From Vicugna vicugna (taxonomy: Eukaryota): a stretch of DNA of 64,000 bases. Below, piece by piece: positions 1 through 13,214 of this stretch (the first letter of the stretch is position 1; every line of letters begins with the position of its first letter). The stretch spans positions 622,001-686,000 of the forward strand of contig MU058153.1 in the NCBI GenBank assembly GCA_013265495.1, in the 5' to 3' direction. The translations under genes were made by a program, and so were the position numbers. Under the pieces are notes generated by a model. It did not search any database. It had not been told where the DNA came from and was given only the letters and a program-made list of their open reading frames with translations.

Positions 1-449
1 TGTCTTCAGCTGAAGACAGAAGGACTTGTTAGGGGATAGTGGTTTGGGGCTTCAAAGGGAAGGAGGCAGTTCACAAGGAGACAGAAGACAAATGTTTGGT
101 GAAAAAAAACAGATAGCTGTGGTGATAGCTCTATTCCAGGATCAGGCTGTCTATCTAAATCCTTATAAGCAGTTAAGGGGAAGATCAACATTTCTTCTTG
201 AGTCTTTTGGGCCATGGTGGGTCTCAACTTGAAATAATGGGCATGCCAAAGAGACATTTTGGACTGGCAAGTTCTGCTCCCTTTCCATGCTAGGTAATCA
301 ACTACTGAGACAGTCCCTAATAAGTGCATGATACATGGGAACATCGCATAGATAGAGGAAAACCTGCTGTTTTCTGAGCCTGGTTTGAGTTACTGCCTTA
401 ATTTGAGTAACTTTCTTTAGACTCACTCACTCAGGGTTAAAGGATTTTC

Positions 450-658
450 CCATAGACCTCCTTAACGTCTCGTACAGCCTCTTTCCTATCACTCATTACC
501 ATCAGGAATAATGTGTAATTCTTGAGTTTCCCCCCTTTAGAATCCATCATCCGTGAGTTCAGGGACTGTGTCTGACACATTCACTGCTGGATCCGCTCTC
601 AGAACAGCACGTGCCGTGCAGTACGTGCCCAGTGAGTATTTCTTGAGTGAATGAATGA
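450..658 (+). mobile_element. LINE-2 3' end fragment
   Basis: 'cagggactgtgtctg...gcagtacgtgcccagtgagtatttcttgagtgaatgaatga' resembles the L2 3' terminus with its (TGAA)n tail. Confidence 0.75.
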
Positions 659-999
659 CTCACAGTCTGACACTCTTTATATTTTTAAAGAGTCCCTTAC
701 AAGAATTTTCCCAAGTAGAGAGTAAATTGAAGAACACACAGCGAGATCTCAATTTGCCATTAAAATGTTTTGCTTCTTATCTTTGCTTTCCAACATGCAG
801 TCTGCATAGGCGAGTGCTAAGTGATGAAGGTGAAGCCAAGATTTCACCAGCTTTCTGCCCTCAGTGACCTAAGAAACTCTCAGTGGCGATAGAAAAAAGA
901 AACGTTTAGTGTCATAAAAGAGAGAGAAACAAACTGCTCTGGAATTTCAGACACGAGAAAGTTTATCTTTAGCTGTGGGAATCAGTCTTTGTGAAGAAG

Positions 1000-1217
1000 C
1001 TTCTAGGGTGAAGCAAGTAAGGTTTGAGCCTCAAGCATAACATTCAAGGGGGCACCAAAACTCTCAGTAATCGAGATGAATAATATTTAATGTGATATTT
1101 TACAAAATCAATATTGATATCCAAGATACCGTGATGAACAAAATATTAAAATTTAAATAAAGTATCACTGAGTTTTTCTTTTGCCTCAGGCTCCATTATG
1201 ACTTGGAGTGGCCTTGG
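1000..1217. mobile_element. hAT-Tip100-type DNA transposon fragment (Arthur1/MER69-like)
   Basis: 'ctagggtgaagcaagtaagg...aagggggcaccaaaactctcagtaatc...gatgaacaaaatattaaaatttaaataaag...ttttgcctcaggctcc' resembles the recalled Arthur1-type consensus. Confidence 0.6.
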
Positions 1218-1879
1218 TGCTAATATTAAGGAGGTGAACGTTTTGCAAAGGGAGACTTAGGAGAGTTGACCATCAGCACAGAAGAGGGAGAGAAAAGATG
1301 TTCTGGGGAAACTGGAGTAGCCTGATTTGATCAAAGGAACATGTAGGGGGTATTAGTAATATTCTAGGTGATTCAAAAAAAGAGCCTTTTATTTGATCTG
1401 AATATTTAAAAGAAAGAGCCTTTTACGTGATCTGAATATTCACTGACTCAGTTTAATCTGCCCTCCTATACAAGAAGAGTGAAAATGCTAGGGAAACTGT
1501 ACCCGCACTGAGAGAGCACTCCCGAATTAGACAGTGTTAAGCAGAACTGCTGGAAGGTTCTTCTGGCTCTCGGGCTTTTGCTCTCCTATGACTTAGCAGT
1601 TCCCCTCCCTCATTTCTGAGTGATGTGTTTGTTCTCCCCAACATGTCAACGGTTTCAGTGAGGTGACAGTCCGCTCCTCTTTTCTTCTTAGACATTGGTC
1701 TGCTTTAGGTGCCATCCTATTTCTGTTAGAATCTGTTATGTGTTTATTTCAAAGTTTAACTCTGAGAAGGCCAACGTTCTTCCCCTAATTTCCAATTTTT
1801 GAGTCACTCCACTGACAAATCTGACTTAAATAGATTTTGGTTGAATTTATCAGTGTTTTCCTAAGTGCGATCGTGAGCT

Positions 1880-2140
1880 GGATAGTATATGATAGCATGG
1901 GATCAAGGGTGAATTTTCTGAGTTTGGGAGGAATAAAAGGGCATGATGTTTGCAACTTACTCTCAAATGGTCTACCCAAAACACAAATAAATAAAAACAA
2001 TTATATTGAGTAAACGTAGTAGGAGTTAACAGTGTAGAGTGAAAAATTGGGGAAGCCAAAGTGGCAAATGTCAACAATTGGTGAAATCTAGGTGAAAGGT
2101 ACAAAGAAACTATGGTTATTGTCTTTCAAATTTCTTTTAA
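1880..2140 (+). mobile_element. Old L1 (L1MC/ME-type) 3' UTR fragment
   Basis: 'catgatgtttgcaacttactctcaaatgg' and 'gtggcaaatgtcaacaattggtgaaatctaggtgaaaggtac' are typical ancient L1 3'-end motifs. Confidence 0.7.
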
Positions 2141-4911
2141 ATGACCTAAGACAGGAACAGAAGGCTGTCGAAAGAGACTTGTAGTTAAATAATCTACTTT
2201 CTCATCTGATAAGTGCGGACAGTTTTGGGGCAATTAAAGAAATTGGCAAAAGAAGGCAAATACTCAAAAAAAAAAAAGTTTAACACCTAACATAAAAGAC
2301 ATCCTTTCACTAATCGTTTGTTAGGGGCCATGCCTTTTCTTGGCGTTTCCTTACACCGCTTAGAATTCTGAGTCATAGCGCTCACAGTAAACTGCTCCTA
2401 AAACAATATGTCATTCCCTTTTCAGTTTCTCTAATCTAGAGGTAACATTTTAGAAAAGAAAAACTTTCAAAGCAATTTGAGTGCAAATCTCATCTGCTTA
2501 ATTATGTTTCATGATTTTCCTCTTCACTGTTTACGGTTTTCCCACCCACATCAATTTGACAAGGCTTTTAGAGACTCACCAAGATCAAGTCGTCACAAAG
2601 CATTCGATTTGGCTTTTATACAAATGGGAGTTCTTTCTTTTTCTTCACACACATTTCATCAGTTTACATAGTATTTAAAATATTATAATTTCATATTTAA
2701 TTGCAGTTGAATCCCATCATTACAATAACAAGTACATAAGTTTGGGTAGCAATACAACTGGCATTAGGCAAGCATGCATTTCAGTACACAGAGCAGAGGT
2801 CACAGCAGCAAATGCACAGTATGTAGGCATGGGCAGGACATTGCAGAGAGAAATGAGAATACCACCTAATTCAGAAGTTCCATTGAGGGCATTTAAGAGG
2901 ATTTCTACTACATTCTAATTTTGGGTTACTATCCACAAATTTTTTTAAATCAGTTTTTTAACTTACATGTAGTTCTTCAATGATGATCTATAACAAAATT
3001 CAAATTCCTCTTTCTCCCTTGTCATTCTCTGTCTCTCCTTTGCTCCAACCTCTTTCCTCCACCCTGCCCCCCCCCCCAATTCATGAGATAGGAGGCTGGG
3101 AAATTGAATTTTGCTTGAGACGCACCAGTGGTATCTTTATATGAATATTAAAGGCGGGGGGCTGATGTACTGGGGCTTTTTAGGGCAAGAATGCAAGCAA
3201 AATTTGCCACTTGGGTATATAATAAGTGACCCCTTTGTACCAGTCGAGACAGTTGAGAAATTCTAACCAGCTTTTAGTGACTGGTGGTCCTGAGGAGGAG
3301 TGTGGTGTGGTGTTGGGGCAAGTGATAGAGGAATTCATAAAGAAAGAGGAATTTCCTGTACACAAGCCACTCTCCCCCTTGAAGATCTGCAGACTCAGGA
3401 AAGGGAAGGCAAGAGAGATGGAGAAAACCCAAGAATTGTTCATCAAAATTGATGTAGCATTCCAAAGTCATTGGATAAGTGGTGTCAGTGCTAGATGTCA
3501 GTGACCAGTGATGAAATCTGTGATTCAGGGACTTTAAGAAAAGTTTTGATTGCTTGCTTTTGAGAGGAACCTAGGATTCATAGAGGAAAAAAAAAAAAAG
3601 ACATCTGTTCTCCAACAACCTGAATGAGAGAAAATGGACTGAGCCCATGGGAGGAAGTGAAATAAGTTAATACAAACATCAAGTGAAATCAGTTAACATT
3701 TTGGAGAAGATTCCAATGTGTTGACTTGTTGAACCACTGTTTCATGCTGGGTGTTTCTAATGATGTTCTCCCATGAATAAACGTACCCTCATAAGTTTTA
3801 ACCTTCAGTTAAAACTGCAAAATGTTAGAAATGGTTTCTCTATGACTCTTCAAATTCTAAATGTTGAATTCCAATTCATCATGCAATCCCTACTGCCACA
3901 GTAGTTTCATTTATCTGTGTTGCCCACTTTTGTCCATGGTCCATCATTTCAGGCAAAATTATTATTGTTTTATCCCACCTAATATAAAAGGGTCTCTTAT
4001 GACTGTAAACTCATTATGTCCTTGGGAAACTTGTTCTGTTTTCAAATAAATTCAATCAAAACACTGTTCTTACCTGAGAGAACCAGAATCTGCTTCCTGT
4101 ATTTATTACTCATCAGTCCTACTTCTCTTGGTGCAAAAAAATTAGTTTATTTCCCTTTTATGTGATACTCTCTCAAATATAAGATGAGTTACCGAGTTCC
4201 CATAAACATATTCTTGTTGTCTTTGAAAGAAAAATAAATTCATCTTTTCTGGAAAATTTAAGTCCGTTTACAAGTAGCATTAGGTTATTTGAAGAATTCA
4301 GTGTTTATTGTTTGAAATAGAGATTTATTTTCTATTCAGCCTGTCTTTGCATATTTTAAAATGCTTTTATATTTCTAAATTTATTATGGACCAAGAATTG
4401 ACTCTATTTTTCGGAACGCTGTCTCACCTAATCTTGGCAATCCTGTTTCTCTGTTTACATATACATAACAGATCAAAGGAAATGATGATCTTTTTTGATA
4501 GTAGGCTGTGAAATATCTGGGTATAACATCTACTAGAAAGTCTCTAAGATGCTATGACATTTTGAGGCAACTCCAGTAGGTGAGGAAATTAAGAATAATA
4601 AGGTGGATTTCAAGGGCAGTTGTTCCAAAATGGTTCGTGAAGCAAAGTTGTGCAAGTTTTGTTGCCTTATAATTTTAATGGAAGTAACTCTGTGCTTGCT
4701 TAGCATTATAAGAAAGTCTGATATTCTTGTTTTTATCTTTCTTTTTATCTTACTGCCTATCCTTAACTTATTCCACTGCTTTCAAGTGGTTCTGAGAGAA
4801 TAGGAAATAATCAATCAAGAAAAAAATATTCTCTGTGTTTATTTTATTTTGGCTTTGCTACTGGTGAGCCATGTATCAGTAAAGGGTCAGAATCGCTCAG
4901 ATCGACGTAGA

Positions 4912-5455
4912 GTGGGACAGATTCTTCCACTGTATACAGTATTATCTGCACAGTTTCTCTTCCTGTTTCTTCCTCATCAGGGTGGCAATGATCTAGCATT
5001 CAAACAAACAGACAAACAAACAGCTCATTTCCCTGCCTTTCATGCATATGAGTATGGTCATGTGGCCCCTTGGCCAATGCAATACAGAAAGAAATCCCTG
5101 GAGAGCCTGTCCTCTGGAATTAAAAATAAATAACCGAACAAAAAAGGGCCTTGCTCGAGAAAGGCCTTCTTTTCTTCACCTCTTCCTCCCCTCTGTAATA
5201 GGCCCAGAGATCATTCTGGTGACAAGGTGAAGCGGTGACAAGGATTAAGACAGAGAATTGCATACTGAAAACAGAGGAGCAGAAAGATGAGATGCCCCTG
5301 GGTGCTTGACCACATTGTTGAGCCACTGTCCCAGCTGTGGAATAATCTACTCACAGACTTGTTACTGCAGAAGACAGATGCATTTCTTAGTTGTTGGTAT
5401 ACATGTGAGTTGAATTTTTCCTTATTTGCAGTGAAATGCATTCTGATCTCGTACA
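4912..5455 (+). mobile_element. ERVL-MaLR solo LTR (MLT1K/L-like)
   Basis: 'catttccctgcc...ggtcatgtggcc..ggccaatg', 'ctgggtgcttgaccacattgttgagccactg', end 'ttatttgcagtgaaatgcattctgatctcgtaca'. Confidence 0.7.
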
Positions 5456-7149
5456 GAGGTATGGCTTTCTCAGTGGAAAATATCTCTTGGACATTTTAGC
5501 CATGAATAATTAAAGGTAATGTTAAAAGATAGTGGTGGAATACAAAGGCTTTATGATTCCTGTAAATTATCTGTTATCTTTGAATACTAAATTCTGAGGA
5601 GAAATAGATTTACTGACCTATGTAAACCTACAGTTCCTACCATTATAAAAATGTTATTTAATATGTTTTTAAAAAATTGCCTATGTGCAAATATGACCAC
5701 TTTTTAGACAACAAAAAATAACAGAACTTTTTATTTCTATTAATTTCATGAAATTTATAGTAAGCCTGCAGAGAATATTTTCCATTTATCTCTAAATTTG
5801 ACGGACATCCCATATAAATTTCATTTATATATTTCAGCAAGGATAATGACATAATTTCATACTTTCCCACAAATGTTTGTTTTCATTTGGTATTTTAAAA
5901 ATCTAAGTTTTTATTCAATAGCAAACTAATTCCCTTTTATTCCAAACTCCTTCTCCATAAGATTTTTTTATTCTTGGCAGATAAAGCAAGAATTTTATTA
6001 AAGCATTGTTGACATATTCATCATATACTTTCGGTTATCTGATATCACTGGAAGAGTAAGAGGAAAAATGGAAATGCTAGAAGCTTTATTGCTTTAATGC
6101 TTTGAGTAACATTTCTAGAGGTAGATTCAGAGTTTGAGAAGGTAGTTGTATTTTTGTGAGGGTTTAAGAAATAAGGAAGGAAAAAAATATACCAAAGAAT
6201 TTATTTTCTTTAGTTTCTTGACTGAAGTCCCAAGCTGAAAGGAGTTGTTTTGGATTTGCTCCTAGTTTTCGTCTGGAGGCCTCAAGAAAAGCACAGCATA
6301 ATTTGTCAATAGAAATGGCACATGTGTAAGAGATGGGGGCACAGAGCAGCCACCAAGACCTCTTTGTAAAGCAGAGACGATCCCAGCTGAAGCACAGCTG
6401 CTTCTGCAATGCAGTTATCAGTCCCTTAGAACCTGAGGCACTGGTTTCTGTCCCTCAAAAACTTCAAAAAATATTTGCCATTTTATGTAAGGATGTAGAG
6501 GACATTGATCATTACTTAATTTTCACCTTCTCTTAGATTCTGTCCCACACCAGGCTCGGAAACAGAGTGATATAGGGCATGGGATTTTGAATTGTTTACT
6601 GATTTTGCTTTGGGAAATATCTAGCAAACATTAGAGTAAGGTCTGGGAGGTACAGCTAAACCTGACTTTGCTGTTTCTTATCCTGTGTCACCTCTCTGGC
6701 AACCCACTTGAACGGAACTTGGAGAAAATAGCCTTCTAACTTATTAGGTATCTTGTTGAAATCACTCAGCCCAGTCAATCTCAAGCTCTTCCCTCTCAGA
6801 CTCCCTTGACTTCAAAAGATAAATTGGTTAAATGCTAGGTATGTGGATATAATGAAAAAGCAGGTTGAAACTGGTCACAGTTGACGTCATGTATCTACGA
6901 TAATGTGTCACATTCTACAGAAATTGTTGGCTTCAATGTCATGGAGAATAAAGTCCCAGTGTCAACGTTACAGATTGAGTCCTCAGATCTTTTCTGCCTA
7001 TTTGTTTTATTATGTTTCTTGACCTGAACATATCAACTTGAAAATAGCTCTATATTTTTCTTTCTGTCCAGTTTTTTTTAATAATTACAAAAATAGAAAT
7101 AAAATACTAAGCAGTTTTCTGAAAGAAAACAGAACCTTTAAAACCCCCA

Positions 7150-7650
7150 CAACAACACAACTGTGATTCCCTTAGCTTCCTCCCTTTCTCATCTTTGTAC
7201 ACGTGCATGGGTGTTCTGCAGCAATGGGTCACAGCCACCGTTTTATCTTGTGTTCCATCTTGTTTCATCTCACGCTGTCCACCTATTGGATCAGTTGGTA
7301 AACTGTGATAAACACTAAAACATAAGGACAGATCATATGTGTTCAATATCATTAATATTTGTAACTATATGTTAAATGGTCACAAAATGTACATAAAGTG
7401 TGACAGTTGCAGCACATTTTTTAACAGTGCCTTACTTTTTGGATATTTATCTTAGTTCTAATTTTCCCCTATTTTAGATAATTCTGCAATATTTTTCCTG
7501 TCTTTGAATTAGTTAGTTCTTTATGATAAATTGTAGGGTGAAAGGGTGTGGACATTTCATGGCATTGAATATATATGGCTCTTGCCAATTTACACTGTTA
7601 AGAGCCACATGTAAGTGTATTATCAGCCATGGTATATTATACTGTTAATG
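7150..7650 (-). mobile_element. Degenerate L1ME-type fragment, antisense
   Basis: 'ggatatttatcttagttctaattttcccctattttagataattctgcaat...cttgccaatttacact' resembles antisense old L1. Confidence 0.55.
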
Positions 7651-8734
7651 CATTTGTTTCTGTAATCACTGATATTATTCAGAAATTTCAGATCATAAAA
7701 GGAATTGTTATACTGAGACCTTAGCCTACGTAGAACCTCTAAGAATTATATTCCTTTAAATCGTTTCTGCATTAATTATTAATAAGATTTTTACTTCATA
7801 GGCTGTGCATTATGACTCAATTCCCCTTATCCTTGTTAACTCTCTTTCCTGCTATAATATTTTTCCTGGGATTCATTATGAAACTTGTCGAACCATAAAT
7901 AGCCATGGGTCATACTGCCTTCTGAAAAAAGTGAGTTCCACTGGAATATAAATCCAAATGAAAAATAAAACATTTTGTATATTTTAACATTAAGGAAAGG
8001 GGACAACACTATATAATAATTTTTCCTCTGAAAATGTTTCCTTCTTCTGCATTGTACATTCTTACTAATAAAATATATTATGCTATAATAATCAAATGGA
8101 AATACATCTTTCTTTAGGATATACCATTTGATTATTCAGTTACTCACATATATTTAGAACAACCCCTGCTTTCCTAAGGTTGGAGAGGGACCGTATACTT
8201 TGTACAGAGATGAATGAAACTGAGGGTCAAAATTGGCCAATGTCAAATCACAGGCAGAATATACAAGTGAGAACCCCAAGTCTCACCCCATTCTTTGTGT
8301 GAAGTTGTTTTTTCCCACACTCTGTGACTCTGGGACCTGTTCTTGAGAGAGTTCTTTTTTTTTTCTTTTCTTGTTTTTTTCCTTTAAGTGATTTTTAGTT
8401 TTGAGGGTTAAACGTTGGACTGGAACCTGAGGAAATGTGGGTATAAGTAGTACATCATCATTTTGCAAATAAATGGGTAGATATTTGAGAATAATCTCAA
8501 AGCTAAAGATAACTCCAAACTGCTGATAGAAGTTGGCCTGGGTTTTAGTTTTTTATCCTACTTTGAAGCTTTCTTTAACTGAATAGCTCTCTCTTGTTCT
8601 AGTAAATGAAGACATCAGGATATAACAGTGAGACCACCAAGCTCAACTGTTTCTCATTTCACAAGGCTCAAAATGTGCCTGCATGTGTATCTTCATGCAT
8701 TCATGTATTTGTATATTTAATAGCAACCCTAGTG

Positions 8735-9500
8735 AATTTTTTTAAAATTACAAGTTAATACACGCTCATTACAAAAAGTATGCAGTATTAAATTATATAG
8801 GGCATAAAGTGAAACTTGTCTTCTCATTTGCTTCCCACCAACATTTTAAAAGCTTATCAATATTAATAGTTCTGTATATCTTTTTTTTTAAGATTTACTT
8901 TGTGTGCATCTAAATATAATTTTATGATATGCTACCATTCGTGTGCTTTATTTCATTCATAGAACATTATTATTACCTCATTATAACAATACAATATCAT
9001 AGCAGAAAATATTGAAAATACAGATTAATATAAAGAATAAAGAAAAAGTGCCTGTTTTCACATTACTAGGCTTTTATTCATTTATGTTTTTGAATGAAAT
9101 CGGATCACACCATTTATAATGTGTTACAACATTTTTTTTTCTGTTAATATATTTTGAACATTTCCTACAGGATTAAATGTTCTTCTATAACATAATATAT
9201 TCTGGTTACTTACTTTAAAAAATATTCCAGAATTTATTTATCTCATCTTCTATTGTTGGGTCATAGATTGTTTTTACTATCTTCTCAATATTATAAGTAA
9301 TGTTGGTACATAAAGCTTTATGCATATTTTTTACTGATTATACTGTTTCTTAAAATTGAAATTGCTGACTCAAAGCATTTGAAATTTGTTGAACTATTAC
9401 TAAATTCCACTCTGAAAAAAATTTTAAATTTATTCCCCCAACAAGTAATCTGCAAGAGCATCTGTTTGTGAAGAGATTATTGTTAGACTTTATTATGGTC
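8735..9500 (-). mobile_element. Degenerate L1ME-type fragments, antisense
   Basis: T-rich 3' end 'ttttaaaattacaagttaatacacgctcatt' and 'ttcttaaaattgaaattgctgactcaaag...aatttattcccccaacaagtaat'. Confidence 0.65.
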
Positions 9501-9774
9501 AAAAGGATCACTCGAGATAGTACATAAACCATGGAATGAGGTGCAGTATGTAACTGAACCACTAACTTAAAGACTAAATAGTTCCAAAGGATTGACTGGC
9601 ATAACTCTAGTTAACTACCAGTTGCTTGTCAGAATGATTTGGTAATAATCTAATACAAGAGTTTTAAGCATAAAGTATATTTAAAACATTATATTGGATA
9701 TAAAACATATTGAGTATAAAATAACATTTTTATACATTTCTACCATCCTGTCTGTCATTCTAAGTAACACCAGA

Positions 9775-10170
9775 ATAGACCGGGGTATGTTGTAATAACA
9801 GACAACCCTCAGATTTCAATGATAAAAACAAAATACTAATTTTTCGGTTGTGCTGCTGTTTGCTGTGGTTGCGTGTGGCTCTGCTGTATTCCGTGTTCAG
9901 TCTGACACCTAGGCTGCAGAAACAGTTCTTACCCAGGATATAGAAAAAAGAGATGTGGTGGAACCATTAATAGGCTTGAACTTGGGCTCAGAAGAGACAC
10001 ATGATTACTTCATCCCAATTCACTAGCCAAAATGAGTCATATTTCTCACATCATTGTGGTGGAGACATGTAATTGTTCCACCTTGAGAGGCAAGGTAAGC
10101 TACATGGTCAAGCCAGCTGTCGACATATCAGGAAAGTTCAATTCTGTCCCACGGTATAGCAGAAATACTT
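9775..10170 (-). mobile_element. ERVL-MaLR LTR (MLT1I/H-like)
   Basis: 'gtaataacagacaaccctcagatttcaatg', 'gggctcagaagagacacatgattacttcatcccaattcactagccaaaatgagtca', 'agctacatggtcaagcc'. Confidence 0.7.
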
Positions 10171-12438
10171 CAGACCAGAATAAAACCCACCACATCCTGG
10201 TTCTGGAAGGGGCTTAAAATGTGGAAAGGTCTTTGACATGATCCACTGCTACATTGCAGTGCTAGTCCAACATCTGTTTGCTGCAAAACCTTCCAAACTC
10301 TTGCTCTAGAGGTAATACACATAAAATGAGTGTTTTCATATGAAGAAATCTCTACAATAGTCAATATTTAAAGCATGTAAACTTTTGCCTCGCCCACACA
10401 GATTTTATAAAATGTATTTCCCTCCGCCTCCTTTTTCCTGATTGCTATTGTACAAATTGTCACATTGCAGGGAGGATTTGAAGGTAACTGCTCAAGTCTG
10501 AGGCCTGTGCAAAGTCCCTTCTCTTGGTGTGTGTCTACAAATGTTCTTTTGAGTTTAGGGAAGAGTAAGGGGAAATTTATTATAAGCCTCTGCAATATTA
10601 TATGAAAAAAATTTCTTCCAGTATTTGTCTTGATTACAAAACCATCTCTTTCTACAAAATTTATTTTCTCTATAGATGTTTCTTCTCATTATCAGCTCTC
10701 TCTTGGCAAAATGTTACAACACTGAAATTTGCAGTTTAAATGTTTCATTTATATAGAGAGATTCAATATATCCCAATTTTAAATGGACAGAGCACAGAGA
10801 TTCTTAGCATATCTTACGAGGTAAAATGGCTTGGTGATATGAGGGCAGAAGTAGAGTATCTAAGGTCATATGTATATATGGTGTTGCTGCTGATTTCAGT
10901 TTTTATTTATCACCCCTGTGTGTGTCATATGAAACAGCAATCTATCCAATTCCAGTGTCTGAAGTCAGTTATCCCTCATATATTACACTTCTCTGTTTAC
11001 TAGGTACTGAATCTAATCTGTTGACTTTTATTGCAAACTTAAATATTAGAAAATCTAAAAGACTTAAAATCATTTTTAATATGCTCACCCCTTGCCATTG
11101 CTAGCTGTAGAGTTTTCCTTTCCTGTTGCATATGGACATATTTTGATGAAGGTAAATTATTTTAATTTTAGCTTTGATTCGCACTGAGATAACAGAGGAA
11201 GGGTTTGGATCTTATTCTCTTTTCTGCTTGCTTAAGTTTTTTGCGAAGTTTTCGTTCAAGGTTTTTCCCTATCACTTGTCATTTAAGATAGCAGAGATAC
11301 TCTGTTACTTGGTAGTGCTGGCCGTATTCTTCGGGATCCAGGGAAAACTAAGTTCAGAACTTCAGGGGCAGTGTCTTTCCATCGTCTCAGTCTGAGGTTA
11401 ATAACGATACTCCTCTTTTCATTGAATTATTCCAAGTCCTTTGTACATTTTAAGCTCTCTCCGTAAACCTAGGTCTATGTTCATTGAAGATTGAATATAT
11501 CTACAGTGAAATAGTTTCCTCCAGGGAAAGAACCAAATTGGGTAGAATGAGGGGAGAAATAAAAAAATGTCTCATTAAGGTTATACTACTGCAGGCTAAT
11601 GTAGACAGTTATATTATAGTTCATTTCTGGTTTCTGAATGTGTCCCAGGGGTTTTCCAGCTCTCTGGCCTAGAAATATGAATAAACTTGGAACTTGTGTT
11701 CATGAGTTTGCCTACATGTGAGCAGTACACCTTCAGGAGCAAGCATCGTGATCATCAGTGTATCCGGGAAGCATGAAAATTCTTGTATATTTCCAGTGTG
11801 GCGCTCACCTGCTCTCCATGTTGTCTAGTCCCTGCTCACTCTCAGGAACTTGCTTAACTTATTGCTTATTCCTCTGGTTCCTCAAGTTGCTCATTCTTGT
11901 ACCTCATCAGTACTTGTAATTATTTGTCCATAATTACATTAAAAATAAAACTCCTTTGAAGCACATGCTGCATTGTGAAATGAATCCCTTTCTCCTTGTT
12001 CAGGAAATCTTATTTATCTGTTTGCTTATTTACTGCAAGTTTTAAGTATATGGTTCATTGTCTCTCTTTCCACAGGGGCCCCTTTCACCATTCTGAACAA
12101 ATTCACAGACTATGTGGGAAAAACACCTACAACAGCATAGCTATACTGTTACTGTTTACCCAGCAGGGTGGTAGAGGAACTGTTAGTGCATTTTGGTGAC
12201 TAACTTTCTCGAGACGTGGTGAAATATCTGAAGTAGCTTCACTCGTGAAATCTAAATTATGAATATACGGTAAAATTTGTATCCTCACAGTTGCCTTATC
12301 GTTTTATTCTTAATACGTCTAATCTTTAACTGCCATTTTTACACATTTGTTTGCCCAAACTTTCTTTCCAAATTGAATTCTGTTGTCCATACTTGCCTTC
12401 CTGAAAATACTCACTTCCATGGTTTCTGTGATGCCATT

Positions 12439-12825
12439 TGTATTATTAGTCTACTTGGACTGTCACAGCAAAATGCCACAGACTGCATGGATGAAACAGT
12501 AGACATTTGTTTCCTCATTGTTTTGGAAGCTAAAAATCCAAGATCAAGGCATCCTCGGTGGTGGTTTCTTGTGAGACCACTCTTCCTGTCTTCTAGGTGG
12601 TCACCTGTTTGCATGGCCTCCTCTTTGTGTGTGTGTGGAGAGAGAAAGAGATCTCTGGTGTCTCCTTTGCTTATAAGGACACTCTATTGAATTAAAGCCC
12701 CACCCTTATGACCTTGTTTAACCTTATTTACCTCCGTAAAGGCCCTATCTCCAAATATGGTCACACTGGGGGGCTAGTGCTTCAACATACAGATTTTGAG
12801 GGGGAGCATAATGAAGTCTACGGCC
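12439..12825 (-). mobile_element. ERVL-MaLR solo LTR (MLT1A-like)
   Basis: 'aaatgccacagactg...tccaagatcaagg...ttataaggacact...ccccacccttatgacc...ggccctatctccaaata..gtcacactggggg..gcttcaacat'. Confidence 0.85.
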
Positions 12826-12964
12826 CCATTCTTTATAGGTTCCAGTACGAATTTCTTAGCCTCCTGTGAAAGGTATACTTTATCATGCTTACTTTACAGA
12901 TAGGAGGATGGATTAACACAAAGACCATCATGTATGCAGGATGGATTAACACAGAGACTACATG

Positions 12965-13205
12965 CAAGCATTCTCTTCATCTGTGAGTAAGAAGAGATTA
13001 CATGAATAGTGTCTTAACAAAATAAGGGGTTTGTTTTTCACGTGTGATAGGAATTCCAAAAATAAGACGGTCAGGCCTGATGTGCTGACTAGTGAAGTCA
13101 TCAAGGACCGAGGCTCCTGCTTTTCTGCACAACCAGCATCACAGTGGTGTGGTGTTTATTGTCATGCTTGGCCCCGCATAGGACACAAGATGCCTGTGCC
13201 GCTAT
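12965..13205 (-). mobile_element. ERVL-MaLR LTR fragment (MLT1J/K-like)
   Basis: 'cttaacaaaataagggg...gaagtcatcaaggaccgaggctcc...cacaagatgcctg'. Confidence 0.6.
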
Positions 13206-13214
13206 TACACTCTC

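Noticed and set aside
5905..6000. 'ttttatt' recurring every ~27-31 bp
   Set aside because: Low-complexity AT-rich 7-mer with irregular spacing; expected by chance.
6882..6889. Full CRE palindrome TGACGTCA
   Set aside because: Single 8-mer with no supporting context; chance occurrence is plausible.
12277..12690. Longest listed ORF (137 aa)
   Set aside because: Runs through an MLT1A LTR, has a non-ATG start and a composition typical of non-coding T-rich DNA.
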